DNA of 63,950 nucleotides, counting the filler, from Choristocarpus tenellus KU-1152 (lineage: Eukaryota; Protista; Phaeophyceae): assembly GCA_964200185.2 (NCBI GenBank). It is 14 parts of 14 records of this genome, joined end to end, with 100 filler letters (N's around TTAATTAATTAA, not from the genome) between each part and the next. Parts side by side here need not be neighbours in the genome. Positions count along the whole stretch, not along the records: positions 22,242 to 26,636 come from CAXNAD020014751.1; positions 26,737 to 31,014 come from CAXNAD020015323.1; positions 31,115 to 37,846 come from CAXNAD020007472.1; positions 37,947 to 40,832 come from CAXNAD020023924.1; 10 more parts are not named here. One strand, written 5' to 3'. Each line of letters starts with the position of its first letter. Within the stretch, counting starts at the first letter, position 1. The position numbers were made by a program, and so were the translations under genes. Below the pieces are notes generated by a model that was given only the letters and a program-made list of their open reading frames with translations, was not told where the DNA came from and ran no database searches. Positions 26,137 through 39,814 of this stretch are shown in pieces.

Positions 26137-27399
26137 GTATGTTGCGTTGTAGCAGAACTTGGGGAGGCTTTTTTAGAGTGAATTTTTTGTGCCCATGCAA
26201 AACTAGTGAGTGAATGTGATTGTTTTTCAGTGAAATGGTGTAGTTGGTGATGAGTGTAGTGGTGTAGTGTTGTATGTGATGGTGTGGTGGAAAGTATGAG
26301 AAGGTAGTACCCGTAGTGAGTGTAATGATAAGTATCATGCTGTAATGCTTGTGGTGAGCCCAATTGTGTAATGATAGGTATGATAATGTAATGCTAGTGG
26401 TAAGTCTGATCGTGTAATGGTAAGTACAATAATGTAATGCTAGCGGTAAGTCTGATTGTGCAGACGTAAGCGTAAGTATGTGATTATTATGTACTACAAT
26501 GTAATTGTGAGGATAGTGAGGGTACAGTAGCACCTGAAAATCTTTGCAGTCTTTTTTTTTTTGCAAGCAATTTAGAATCTGTCCATGTTTGTGTTCATTG
26601 TGTTCCTTGTGTAATGGCTAATGGTTATTAGCCCCCNNNNNNNNNNNNNNNNNNNNNNNNNNNNNNNNNNNNNNNNNNNNTTAATTAATTAANNNNNNNN
26701 NNNNNNNNNNNNNNNNNNNNNNNNNNNNNNNNNNNNCACTTGTGGATTGAGTAGAAAGGTGGGCTAGGTGTGTTTGAAGGCATCTTGCAGAGGTTTCCCG
26801 CGGCACAAGGCATGGCTTCTACTTCATTCCCCTACCAGCAACGTACTGTACTTGTGTGTGGTCATGACTCAGGAAGGAAGGCACTTTTCGCGAGAAATGT
26901 TTACGCGCGCGCCAAACTCGTGTGAATATCTCCCTGAATTTGTACCAAGTCGCCCGAATACGAGAATTCCGGTACAAAAGCCTATTTTTTTTAGTATGTC
27001 GAAAAAAGCGGTACAAAATGGGTTTGGTACATAATATTTGGTATAAAATAGGTGTAGGTACTGTAGTACTCTTTTTTGCTATATGCATATTAAGTACATT
27101 GAAGCACATAGTGTGTGTGGTTATCCTGACGCATGATCAGAGCCACTACACACTGCACTATTTCTCACACTAACTACTAACTGTTGAACTACGACAAATC
27201 ATAGTGTCTCCTTTCCTTCTACCTTGCTTCTTGTGCGCCATGTTCAGCACTCCCATCGCTTATTTCTCTGTTTCCGTCCTCAAATCATCTGCATGACCCC
27301 GCCATGAAGTTTTCACTTCAATTTTGTCCAATATTTTTGTGGTGGTATAGCCATATAGTAGATAGGGTAGTGCAGTAGCGGTGTACAATCTGTTGAGGT

Positions 27400-28370
27400 A
27401 GCCATGTATGATGGGATAATTGAAACCAGATTTCCGTGAATGGAGGTCAGGATCGCAAAGTCAAGAAAGACCATAGGAACATGTGTTTTGTGGGATCATA
27501 CGGAATTCGAGGCTGTAGGAAATGGAAATGATTGTTAACAGTGCACCACTGACCACACAGTTCATAGTTGTCATTTTATGTTTGTAAGGTGAGACAACAT
27601 GGTCAACATTGTGACCATAGTTAGGATTGACAAAAACAAGTGAACTAATACCTTTTTTAATCCAAATTTCTTTTTAGTCCTGCTATCTAGTATTTCCCTG
27701 GCACTTCTACAAAAAAGCGTCAGTGGGGATAATATATTACCACATACTATGTGTATGTATATTACAATGCCCACTGATTTGACATTTTCCAAAAATATGG
27801 TGAGAGGAAGGAAAAGACCGCAAGATCAAGGAACAAGATTACAAAAACTTATGATACAAGATTGATTGGTCACTTCCAAAATATATTATAAATGACGGAA
27901 CTGTTAACTCTGATATACAACAAGTAGTCCCGCTGAGAGATCAAAGTCGAGCTGAGAGGTAGGTAGCGTTGCATTTTAAGGATCCCGAGAAAGGATAAAA
28001 ACATGCAGACCATTTGCTTCATTGTGGTGTCGCTTTGTGTGTGGAAATAGGGAATATTGAGTTTGTGTACACTAGTATGCACATAAAGGAACGGAATAGG
28101 GTGTTTTGCGCAGGGCAAGAAATATACCTTCAAACGCAAAAGAGTCGACGCCTGCCTACCTCTCAATTCGTTTGGCTCCTCATTAATTATATTGTCAATG
28201 ATATTTTGCCGATGCATCAGCTGAGGGAAAATATCCCAAATCAAGGTATGGGCACCTACTATGCCATATCCCTCTACCCTAACCCTGCAAATGTAGGAGA
28301 GGAAAGAGGGAGGAATTCCAGGAATTTGTGTGGGACCATCACATTGATTGGGTAGATAAATGAGGGTTGA
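27400..28370 (+). mobile_element. Possible decayed piggyBac-like transposase 3' part
   Basis: Fragments DGTVNS and a Cys-rich CGVALC tail, ending near AGGG-TTGA. Very degenerate. Confidence 0.3.
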
Positions 28371-29222
28371 AGCGGATGGTCCGCCTCGAAATCACTTCAA
28401 TTATATTTTAACTAAAGATTTACTACCCCTCGTACTACATTTTTTTTATGTGGGTGGATACACTTCCATTGTCCCTAAACAACCACGAGTACAAGGTGGT
28501 ATGTTGAAAACAGATTTTCCTTGAACAAAAACACTGATGCACGTATAATGTCATAGAATTGAAGAAATATTGTAGGAATAGAGAAGTTTCGTGTCCCAAG
28601 TCTCTGATTTTATCATTGTTTTGAGATGTTAGCCTTTTTTGTAATATATTATTATTATTATTATCATTATTATTTATTTATTTTAAATTATTATTACTTT
28701 TATGCAGTCTGACATTTTGCGTATGTGTTGAGGAAAAAGTAAATTCAATATCATTATCACCCCATAAAAAAGATAAAATTGTCATAAAAATCAATTTATA
28801 TTTTTTATTTTTTAGAAGGTGACATCATTTGAACTATTTTATACATTATACAATGATAGTGACGACTGTTATACCTAGCACCACTGCTACTATTTCTAAC
28901 GGAAACAGAAATTGTCGCGAGCTGACCTCAAATTCACCCGCACGCAAGACGCACGACGTACCGTCGTTTTCTTTATCTCGGTCTAAAAAATAGAGGGTTT
29001 TCAAATCGCGCCGAGTGATGCACTGAACAAATCTGCGAGGTCTCCTTTGTGTGTTGGGAGCTGGCTGCTAGCTGCCCCGGGTCGCCTTATCTTCGGGAGA
29101 GATATTCTCGTTCATTGGAACTCCCTTATCCAAGTTGAAGGGGACGCTTTAATTTGATCGTACTCCTGGGGCGCAAGCCTCTATCGTAGGAGAAGAGGAA
29201 GAAAAGGTGGGAGTTGGAGGGG

Positions 29223-31014
29223 ATGACCAGTACTGTGGAGGAGCTCAAGCCTGAAAATGGAAAAACGAATCCATTTTCTGACCTTGACGATCCCTGCAAA
29301 ACTAACTGTGGTTCCACCTCACAGAGTCCGTCCCTAGTGGGTCTAGGCTCGGTGGAAGGGTGGCCTCTAACCATGGGGGTTGACGAAACGTCGATTCACG
29401 GAAGCAAAATTGAATTCCCTGATGCAGATGACTTCTGCAACGTTGACGATAGTGGAAATGTTGTGATGGAGGCAGATCTAGGGGCTGGGGTCGGTGGAGA
29501 GGGAGAACAAGGTGGAGACTGTGTGGGGGGTCGATTGCGGTCTGCTTGTGATGGTTGCTCGACTAAAAAGATAAAGGTGAGATGTACGGGTGGTTTCAAT
29601 TAGGTAGAGGGGGGCTGTTATCTTCCCTTATGAACTCTACGGTGGAGGCATATGGCTCATGATGTTGAGGGAATGATACAGACTATGCCATTCGTCACCC
29701 TCGCGTTATTTTTCTCAACTTGCAGTTTGTACGCGTAAGAGGTGTTAAGTAAAGTAGAGCTGTAGTATGGAAACTCCAAGGGTCAAGTCGAGGTCTGTGT
29801 AGCATCATGTCAAAAAGCTTGCCACCTCTACGGTATAAAATGTTACAATTTTGGTGCGACTTGGGGTAATGGGGGCACAGAAATGCCCCCATCCACTTTC
29901 AGCATCCACTACTAGAGTTCATTTGTCCGTTTTCTCAGATAGGGCTATATTGCGTTCTGTGAGACTAATTAGAGCCACATGGCCATGTTTCTTTGGTGTA
30001 GTGCATATGAATCAATACAATTTTGGCAGGCCTGGCACGCCTGGTGCAGGGTACCCTTGGAATAGTTGGCTAATCCCATCTGAACTTCCAGCCCTCTTTG
30101 TACTACGCAAAATAACTCCCATTTCTACGCATAGTCTTGCACATGATAATCGTATGATAAAAAATCTGATCTCCGATTCCTCGCCTTCCTGATTTCAGTG
30201 TGATGGATGTTCACCTTGTAATCCATGTAAGAAGCGTGGAGCAGAGTGTCACTTCAGTGTGAAACGACCGACAGGTCCAAAGAAACTCTTCAAGTTCGAT
30301 GGGGCATTGTCTCCCACCTCCAACGGCTCTAGTGGAGCCGGTAAACTCTTCCCTGAGTCACCCAACTCCCCCATCGCTGCCACCTCAACCCCAATACCCT
30401 CAATGTCCTCACAATCCACTTTTAGCACTGTGGCATCAACAGCATCATTGGCAGCTGTATCAGTCTTGCCGACTGCATCCACTACAGTCTCCCCCATGCT
30501 TTCCTCATCTTCCCTAGTCTCTGTCAGTGCTGGAAGCCCTGATGCCACCCATGGGCAAGGAACCGGATCAACCTTGGCTAGTCTCACTTTCCAGACACCT
30601 GATCACAGCCACAATGTGCTCAGGGGAAATCGCCACGGAGCTGCAGCAGCTACAATGGCAGCCACATCAGCAGCTACAAAAGCACCTATAGTGGCAACTA
30701 CACCCACAGGTACAACCTCACCTATAGTGGCAACTGCAGCAACAGGTCCGACGGCAATAGCGTCCTTGGCGTTAACACAAACATCAACAGCTGCAACATC
30801 TACTGCATCTGCTTCTGCTGCAAAAGCTTGGGATTCAGGCCGAACGAACATGCTACCCATGTCAGGGTGGGGTGGAGTAGGAGGGCGGGGAGGTGGAGGA
30901 GGTGTTTCGCCGGGGGGGGCAGGTGGGGGAAGAGGACGAGGCAGGAAGTCTCTTGGCTCCGGGGTGGGGGGCAGGGGGAGAGGGGGAGGGAGAAGCCGGG
31001 TGTCTGCGTTTTCT
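29223..31014 (+). CDS. Zn(II)2Cys6 (GAL4-type) binuclear cluster transcription factor, 5' part
   Basis: Exon 29223-29576 (..RLRSACDGCSTKKIK|GTGAGA) plus exon 30199-31014 (TTTCAG|CDGCSPCNPCKKRGAECHFSVKRPTGPK) gives C-X2-C-X6-C-X5-C-X2-C-X6-C, followed by an S/T/A-rich low-complexity region. Confidence 0.9.
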
Positions 31015-31299
31015 NNNNNNNNNNNNNNNNNNNNNNNNNNNNNNNNNNNNNNNNNNNNTTAATTAATTAANNNNNNNNNNNNNNNNNNNNNNNNNNNNNN
31101 NNNNNNNNNNNNNNAGGAGGCGTGAAAAAGGGGCGCGGACACCCCCACCCCTGATACTTTGGCCCCCAACTGCCCAAAGTGGTGGACAAACTCCAACTAC
31201 AGTGATTGGATAAGGCGCTTCATGATCACTGTAAGAGTACACTGACTGTTTATCTGCACTGACTGCCTCAGGACCGATCAATCAGGAGCGATTGCAAGA

Positions 31300-34200
31300 G
31301 GAAATACTTGCTGATGGGTTTAGTACGAATGAAATTTGGATGGCTCAGGAAGCATATTGCTCACCTTTGCTCTTGTTGCCCCTGCCACAGAGGGTCTGTC
31401 CTGCACGCACCTGACCTCTATCGAGCTTTCTGTAGGTGTAGACGACTGGTTTATGCAAAACACGGTGGGCAACACCCAAGATGTTTTTCGGCAATTCTTG
31501 TCTTCAAAGGTGGAGAAGGGGACTAATCCACTCTTCACTTTCACGGAACTTGAGTTCTTACAGAGGGGGATGATGACAATGGGCCTCTCATCTGTGACAA
31601 AATATTACTTCTTCAGCTTCTGAGTGCACTGGATCTGATTATGACACTGAGGTATGCATGATGGCCTCTTGGACCTGGTTGTCTCCAGCGGACGTGGAAG
31701 ACGATCCATGAGAGATACGCATCATTATCGTCAAGAACAAGGACTGTTCCATCAAAAACGAAGAACAGTCATGTTGTCATAGTTGGAAGTTCAACGGGTA
31801 GAAGTTGATGACATGATAAGACATGGTCTCATCGTAACGGTCAAGATTATGGAGGCGGATGTATATTTTATAAAATGAAGAAGAATAGTTCTAATATCAA
31901 CCCTAAAATTTCGGAGAAGATTCATTGTGATAGGTGTAGGAAGAATGAACAAGAGGAGGTGGTTTCCCCAACCCGTATTTGCATGAAAATGTTGTAGACG
32001 TCCTCATGATGCTACAACATACACTTCAATGTTCATCACCATGATAGTAGCAGGGGAAGAAAATGACGAGACCAAGGCGGAATCTTCCCACAATACTGTG
32101 GAAAGTGTGTTCCAACAGTGGCGACAATGAGGGGTGAGGGATACGCACTACTGGTCGGTACTGAAGGCTATGAGCAGCAACAATCAAGCCAAGCGTGGGT
32201 TAAATGAGCGTCTAGTGCCAAGTGTTGCTGATGGTGCATGAAGAGAAGAGTGGGTTTGTGATAATGCGGCCTCGTACCACATGACTAATATGAAAACATA
32301 TACGACCGACTACAAGCCTTGTGCAGTTGATCGAAGGAAAATTACTGGTAGTCAGATCTCCTTCCATATCGCAGGTCATGGGGATCTATCTTGTTTCCCT
32401 CGCGCGACAATAAGTAAGTGGAGATACTACTTCAGAATGTCGCTTATGTCCCAAATTTTTTATTTAACCTCTTTTCTTACCAAGCTGAGGTATATATGGG
32501 TGCGAAATGTACTGATACAGCTAGTATGCTCTCATTAGGTTGCAAACCCGTTCTCAAAATGATTTCTGGTTGTCACAACAACACCCTGCACGGTCACGTA
32601 TTTTGCCGCGACCGTCTAAAATTGCTGAACTCTGCTTCCCACACTGGGTGGACACTAACCTTATCCACCGCTCGTATAACCGTGTTCACGAGGCTTTGCT
32701 CAAGTCCACTACCTCTTCAATGGGCATTATATTGGTGGACATGTTGGAGGCATGTGCTGGCTGCTCGATGAGCAAAGTCATAAGGAAGGGGATCCCGCTC
32801 AGCACGTCTTCACGGGCGGTGAGAAAACGGGGCGGCCTTTTGTCGATCTAAGCGGCAAGAGGGTTGCCCTTTCACTCGGCGGTAAATGTTACAATATGAT
32901 AATTCGGGAGGGCTATTCTCGGGGTTTTTTGTCTTGTTTTCTTCGCTTAAGTCGGATGCTACTGAAGCCTTCAAGAGGTACCTGGCTGATATCCGGGGTG
33001 ACGGTACTCTCTCTCAGGTGATGTGCGTGCGGTCTGACAATGGGGAGGTGTTTTATTAGGGAGCTTTCAGTGCTCTTTGCTGTGAACGCGGGATTAAACA
33101 GGAATTCACACCTACAGACAGTCCTCAGTTCAATGGGGTTGCTGAACGCATGCTGGGTATCATTGATGAAGCTTCATTAGCTGCCCCCCACCAAGCTCCG
33201 GTACCTTTCCCCCAAGCCACTATCCCCAAGACAGGTTCTTTCTGGAATAAAGCCCAGCACCATGTCTGTGACTCACTTATCCGCACATTGACCATAGCTA
33301 ATCCTGGTTGTAAATCGCCATATGAAATGTAGTATGGCACCCCTGCATCCCTGATGACCTATCAGTTTCTTCAACCTGGTTTTGTCGTCTCAGTAAGATC
33401 CATAAGATTTCCCAAAAGGCTCAACGATGTTTTTGCCTGGGGCCAGGGATCAGTGACCCCGTAATGTGTACCGTGTTCTTACTCCAACCGGGGCCTTTGT
33501 TACTACGCTTAACCTGACCTGACTGTCCACTAAGGACCCCATTAGGAGAGGTTGCCCCTGCTTTGCGAAAGGGGGGGGGAGGGCTTGATGTAGACTCTAG
33601 TTCTGAGGACAAGTCGTCCAAATCCGATGCAGGTGGCCTACCATTAGATGTATAGTCTATTTGTTCATCTCGGTCCTCTGCTTCATCCCTATCTGATGAC
33701 TCTCCCTGAAGCGGTGGAAGTGAGGACAGGTTTGTACTAGGTGAGAGGCCATCCTTTGGCAACAAAGGAGATGATTTAACTAATGATCCTCCTCTTGGTG
33801 AAGGAAGTATAGGTCAGATTGCCAAGGATCTGGCTCTTGACTCTTTCCCTGGTGATGGGAAGAGAGGTCAGGTTGACATGAGTCCAGAGACACTGCCCGA
33901 GACGGTGAAGGGAGTATAGGACAGGTCTCATCCTTGAGTTCACAGCACTTGCCTCGGGCAGGTACTTGACCCAACGGCTGCCCGTACTGGAGCTCACCAG
34001 CTGGAAGACTTTCTTCCCAATCCAGTCCACGGACCTTGCATTGAGTTGGGTAGGACTAGACAGGAAATGCATGCCAGAGTTGAAGGGAGTGCAGGGTTGG
34101 TGATGTGGTGTCTCTCATTGCTAGTGTAGAGAGGAAACATGTTACTTATGCCCTAACTGTACAGCTCACGCCCAAGTCTGTGTTGTGTACTCCCCTTCAT

Positions 34201-36120
34201 GGTCGTCTTGTTTTTGAATTGGGACCAGCCCCACAGATTTATGCTGAGGCTCGAAAGTCTGAATATTGGCAGTATGGGAAGAGGCTATGTCTAAGGAGTT
34301 AGATAGTTTGTTGGACACAGAGGTACCTTCAGTGTTGCAGATGTAACCTCTGGGCGCAAGGCTATTGATTCCGAGTGGGTATTTCAAATGGAAGGGTGGC
34401 TATTTTGGTATGTTCGGTGGGGCTGAGGCTAGGCTAGTTGCTCAAGGTTTTGGCCAGGAGTATGGTGTTGATTACTTCGAAGCATCTGCTACCACCACAC
34501 CTTCTACCTCATCGGTTAGATTAATGGCTAGTATCATGGCCTGTGAGTTGGACCTGAAGATGTGGCACCTAGATGTAGAGCAGGCCTTTGTTCAATCTGA
34601 TCTGGATGAGGAAGTGTACATGCACCTCTGACAGGGATGTGCAGATCTCTCAAATACGACCGTACGCCTTCACAGGTTCCTGTATGATTTAAAGCAAGCC
34701 TCTAGGACTTGTAATGCTAAGCTGACTTCCACCCTTCAACGAAATGGTTTTGAGCAGTGGCTGATTGACCCGTGTTATTTTAGACTCAGAAGGTATGGTG
34801 TTGCCAATATAATCTTCACAGTTCATGTGGGTGACATGATGGTTTTGGCATCTGGTGATGATTGCAATGATCTTTCTGCCTCCCTGAATGAAGAGTTCCC
34901 CACCAAGAACCTTGGCTTGTTGTCTCAATTTTCTGGCTGTACTTACACAAGAGATTGGAAGCGTGGTACCCTCTCTACTACCCAGACTAGCTACATTGAC
35001 AGCTTGTATGAACGTTTCCCCACCCAATCTAAAAGTCCCATCCCTCCGCCTCTTCTAGAAGGCTAGGGATTAGGGAGGGAGATACCCTGTCATAGGATTA
35101 CCCTTTTCGAGAGGCAGTTGTGGGGGGTTGATATAAGTCAGTAACATGACCAGGCCAAATGTGATTAATGCAGTGAGAGCTATAGCCCATCATTCACATG
35201 CTCCAAATCCTGTCCACTGGAGAGCTGTAGCCCAGATCCTCAAGTGCCATAAGAATGAAAGTATCTTAGAGGGTACGAGTTTTGCCCTGTTTGTCCATTT
35301 GGGGCTTGGCATCCCATAGGGTTTTAATAACATTTTTCTACTCCAAAGTGTTTCGGAGTAGGTAAAATATATACGTTATGAGAAGGTGTGTCCGGAACAA
35401 GGATATTGACACTTTCTAACAAATACAATGGCCAAAATTATATCAAAATCGCAACATTGGATTTTGGTCCCCAAATGGACGCGGCCCTACCCTCTACGAT
35501 ACTTTGGCTCATAAAGGAACGTGGGAGTTGGGCTTAACCTACGAGAAAGGAGCAGGACTGAACCTAGTGGCCTATGCTGACGCAGACTTCACTAATGAGG
35601 CTTTTGGCAGATGTTCTGTATCAGGGGGGAGCAGTAGCCTGGATTTCTAAGACACAGCATATCATTGCACAGGCCATTGCAGAAGTGGACGATGTTTAGT
35701 GGGGTTTTTTCGTTATATTTTGAATTCTTCGTATTTGTTTGGATTGTCTTCTTAAGTGACTTCAGTAGCTAATTGTTATGTCAAGTGACCACTCAGAGTT
35801 GTTTGAACTAGGGAGGGTGTTCCAATAGACTCCTCCAACTGTAACGGACATCACTAGTAGTAGATATGCAGAGTCGGAATACAAGAGATAATAGTTGGTC
35901 AACCCATATTTGTTCTTGTGTAGGAATGGATGGATAGGAATTGACTCCATTAAGCATTGTGTTTTGAGGCTGTATGGTCGCCCCCTCTGCTTGGGAATAA
36001 TCAGTCCAGTACAACATTTTTCTCGTCTATCCATACATGAACTGGGGGAAACTTTAACATGTAACATCCGTAAGGGACGGTACGTCCATCAGGTTTCCCA
36101 CCGTCCTCCCTCACAACACA
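31300..36120 (+). mobile_element. Degenerate Ty1/Copia LTR retrotransposon
   Basis: Domain order is gag, protease (WVCDNAASYHMT), pre-integrase (H..H..CAGC), integrase (FVDLSG, VRSDNG, SPQFNGVAER), RT (ARLVAQGFGQEYGVDYFE, HLDVEQAFVQ, LYDLKQA, HVGDM), RNase H (LVAYADADF). PPT AGGGAGGG precedes a TGTT LTR start at 35818. Many stops and frameshifts. Confidence 0.93.
35253..35510 (+). mobile_element. MITE family A, nested in Copia pol
   Basis: TSD ATAA. Removing the element and one TSD restores the reading ILKCHKGTWELGLTY. Confidence 0.92.
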
Positions 36121-36331
36121 TCCATCCCATCCATACTACATGGTCAAGGACTAATGTGTTCTCTGAGCATTGCAAACAATGCTGTGTAGACCGAGCGCTT
36201 CCCCTTTAAGTGGACGAATTACCAAAGTTTAGGGCTGAGGAGTTGGTCTCTTACACTGTCACAATCAAGTAGTGATGTCAAATATTTCGATTCATTGTAT
36301 CTAAGACCAAAATCGCCCTCACTTTGCCTCA

Positions 36332-36590
36332 GAGTGAAAGTATCTTAGAGGGTACGCGTTTTGCCCTGTTTGTCCATTTGGGACTTGGCTTCCAATGGGT
36401 TGTTTGATGACATTTTCCTACTCCAAAATGTTTAGGAGTAGGTAAAATGTACACGTTATGAAAAGATGTGTCCAGAAGATGAATATTGACACTTCCTAAT
36501 AAACACGATAGCCAAGATTACATCAAAATCGCAATATTGGATTTTTGCCCCCAAAGGAACGCGGCTCTACCTTCTAAGATACTTTGACTC
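36332..36590 (+). mobile_element. MITE family A
   Basis: GAGTGAAAGTATCTTAGAGGGTA ... AAGATACTTTGACTC, flanked by TCA/TCA. Confidence 0.9.
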
Positions 36591-37759
36591 TCAAACGTAT
36601 ATTGATGCACACTTGGATCTATTCAGAGTGAATTCATCCACAACTTTCACCAGAAGGTAACAAACTTCTACTCAAGCATGCATATCACTATCCAGCAATA
36701 CAACACGGATTAGTGCTGTACTGTATATCATAAACAAAGCCTCTTCACATAGCACATTGCTAGACTTACCAAATTGTGAATTTCTTCATTGCTTCAGTGC
36801 ACGGGGTCACCTCTTTGCTACCCACAAGATCCCAAGTCTCTGCACAACTTCATTCGACTCAAGATTTCAACAGGTTGTAAGCCATACATGTTGAATCTGA
36901 TTTCGTATGAGTTGTGCATTGACAGGTGTGTGTCATCGTGCAACAAGACACCTGTGGGTTCGGTCTGGTGCGTCTGAAGGCATGCTTTACTCAATCAGAC
37001 TATGGTTGATGTGAAATGTGTGTGCTGCTACGTCTGAAGGTGTGTTTTACTCAGACAGACAATAATTGGTGTGAAAGAGGTGTGATGATTCATTGAGACG
37101 CTCAAATGAAGAAATTCATGCTCTGTGAAGAGGCTTGTAACCTTAGCTGAGAAGGGTTTCGAAGGATGGTTTTAAATCTGGTTATATTGCATCCTGGTGT
37201 GTGTCTGATACACGTGTATTGCAGAGTGAGTATGATGAATTATGAAGGGGCAATGCCAGTCAAGGAAAAATAATAATCAACACATGATGTCCAACTGACA
37301 ACTTGTGTGAAGAAGAAGAAAATAAAAAACAAAGAAGAAACAAGGAGACAAACTTTAATCAATGTCCGAGGGAACTGATGTGACACATGGTATGCCTGTA
37401 TGTGTGATAGGAAGCGACTGCTCTCATGCTTCCTATGTATCGTGGTGTTCTGAAGGTGATGGATGATGTTGTGGTCAGGAGGTAATGAGGTAAGTGAGAA
37501 TAGCGACCGTTACAATGGACATATCAACATTCAGTATGGACTCACGATACTGAATCGTGTCAATACAAATCAATTGAGTAGCTGATGGTTTATCATTATA
37601 CACCTGGCCTACTAACACTAACACTTCTTGTTCTGCTACGCCTACATTTGTCCATCGCCCTCTGCAGCCCCTGTGTCGTCTCTATGTCCATTAACTACAA
37701 TCTCAAACTCCACATTTTTTGGGGCGATGACTCTGCTCGGTATGCTCATAAGCTGGACT

Positions 37760-37846
37760 GGCTCAAAGTGTCTGGGAGGGGGTGGTGGCTGTTCATTTGG
37801 GGTCAATTTTTTCATATCACGATTTTTGGGTGATTTGGTTGTGTAC
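37760..37846 (+). mobile_element. MITE family B, truncated by contig end
   Basis: GGCTCAAAGTGTCTGGG..GGTGGCTGTTCATTTGGGGTCAATTTTTTCAT. Confidence 0.85.
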
Positions 37847-38377
37847 NNNNNNNNNNNNNNNNNNNNNNNNNNNNNNNNNNNNNNNNNNNNTTAATTAATT
37901 AANNNNNNNNNNNNNNNNNNNNNNNNNNNNNNNNNNNNNNNNNNNNCCCCCCACCCCCCATTAATAATTTGAACAGTAAGCACCTGTGTGGAATTCAAAA
38001 AATAAGCAAATTCCATGCCTCCTCTCCCAACCCGTTAGACTGAACATAGTAAATTGGGGGGGGGGAGCGGGGGGGTATGCTTGTACCAACATCAACAGTA
38101 TATGCAAATTAGTTGGAAGAATTCATAACAAGCGTACGATCATACTGATCCACTGACTACCCTAATAATCATTTGGCAGGCATCTCCTATTTCTCAATAA
38201 CTTGGGGACTTGTCTTGCTCTGTGGCACTACGTAGTCCCCCTGTTCTGACCTATTGTTTGACTGCATTCACAGAAAGTGGCCTTGTCACATACACACAAG
38301 TGTACGCACGAGCCGGCAAAATGGAGCTGGTAGAACTAGCTCAGGCGGATCGTATTGTGAGTCAGTATGTCTGCAGG

Positions 38378-38653
38378 GAGCCAAAGCATTCAAGAGGGTA
38401 GGAGTTCGGCCCTGTTTTTCTGTTCGGGAGTTGATATCCCACGGGCATTCTCGTCCCCTTTTTTTTCGGTTTTCTGTCTGAACACTAACCCTAACCCTAA
38501 CCTTAAAATGTATACGACTCTGAAAGGTGTGTCCGGAACAATGATACTGACACTTCCTAACAAACACTATAATAGCCAAAATTCATAAAAATCACAACAT
38601 TGTATTTATGACCCCAAACAGACGCAGCCCTACCCTCTAAAACGATTTGGGTC
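38378..38653 (+). mobile_element. MITE family A, diverged, interrupted by (CCCTAA)3
   Basis: Colinear ends; CAGG/CAGA flanks; CTAACCCTAACCCTAACC at 38485-38502 replaces part of the central palindrome. Confidence 0.8.
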
Positions 38654-39490
38654 CAGACTAGAGTACATGACGTATCTCAGAGCGTCACAAATCTTAAAAA
38701 CTGATCCGCACTCCAAAGCAATAATCAGTGTGTGTTACAGGGCAATTGATCCAATAGCGAATTCTCCAGTAAACCTCCCACACATGGGGGGGTTGAAGTT
38801 GACCAGTCAACATTTCAATCAGAACAACAGTTCTGCCACTCTAAAGTGCAAAGCTAGAGAGATCAGGGACAGAAGAGAAATAAGAGGGTTGGGGGGTGGG
38901 GGGGAGAAGGAGGGAAGTAGGGGTTGACTAGGCATCTACAGAGGGGGCAAAGAANNNNNNNNNNAAAAAAATAAAAACGAAAACAGGGGTGCGGCTGAGA
39001 AGAGGGGAAGGGGAGGGGAGAGGGGGGGAGAAGGGAAAGTGGGGGGGGGGGGGGGGGGGGGGGAGAAGGAGGGAAGTAGGGGTTGACTAGGCATCTACAG
39101 AGGGGGCAAAGAAGTGTATTTGTCATCCTACCACCACTTAGATATTGTTCAGATTCCTTGCAGAAAAAAAGTATTCACATAAGTGTGACCAATCTAGACA
39201 AAAGCAAAAAACTGGTGACTACAATTCTCTAGACAGGAGGAGCACAGCAGAGGGGCCAGCACAAAGAAGGGGGTACATACACACATTGCCTACAACTCTC
39301 TTGGGTTGTTTCGAGGATCAGAAAGCATGGAAGAGTACAACGCCTTGCAGCACACTATTCCTGAAAAACTTACATACTCCACTCCTCCACATAATGTGGG
39401 CGATAGTGATAATGAACAAAAAAAAACTCCTCAGCAGCCAATGCCACCACCAACACACAAGTAATACCCACAAAAAAAGCCTTCCCGTAC

Positions 39491-39814
39491 CTTGGGTATA
39501 GCCACCGTGAGAATCTTATATTTCTCATTCAAAAGCCAGTAGTGCTGAAACCTGTTCATGTCTGCCATGTTAACAACAACTTTCCTTCTAGGCTGCGGCT
39601 GCCAGATAGGCTCTCTGAACGAACTTCGACTATTGCTGCTGGATGGTGGTAACAGCAAGACCCCTCCCCCCTCAGCTCCCTCTCCCCTGACCCCCTTCGT
39701 GTTCCCTCCCTCCCCCCTCCCCCCCCTTCCCTCTCCTGCTTCAATCTCTTGGCCTATCCCTTCCGCAGCCCCTGCTGATGATCTACTACAGAATCGCGAC
39801 CAAATGGCACTCAC
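39491..39814 (-). CDS. Probable carbohydrate sulfotransferase (Sulfotransfer_2-like) exon, partial gene
   Basis: Exon of 324 nt (CCAG| ... |GTACGG) ends ...HYWLLNEKYKILTVAIPK, resembling the start of the 5'-PAPS-binding loop (x-Y-K-hhh-x-h-P-K-V). Only this motif supports the call. Confidence 0.6.

Noticed and set aside
25322-26566. 414-aa minus-strand ORF
   Set aside because: It is made of simple repeats and is antisense to the real PHD exon; no domain content.
38274-38356. Possible plus-strand exon (CACAG|...|GTGAGT)
   Set aside because: No recognisable protein motif and no partner exon; it cannot be supported.
38880-39113. Direct repeat of about 65 bp around a 10-N gap
   Set aside because: It flanks a scaffolding gap and G homopolymers, so it is probably an assembly overlap artefact.
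6598-39814. PAPS transporter plus sulfotransferase as a sulfation gene cluster
   Set aside because: They lie on different concatenated contigs, so adjacency carries no information.
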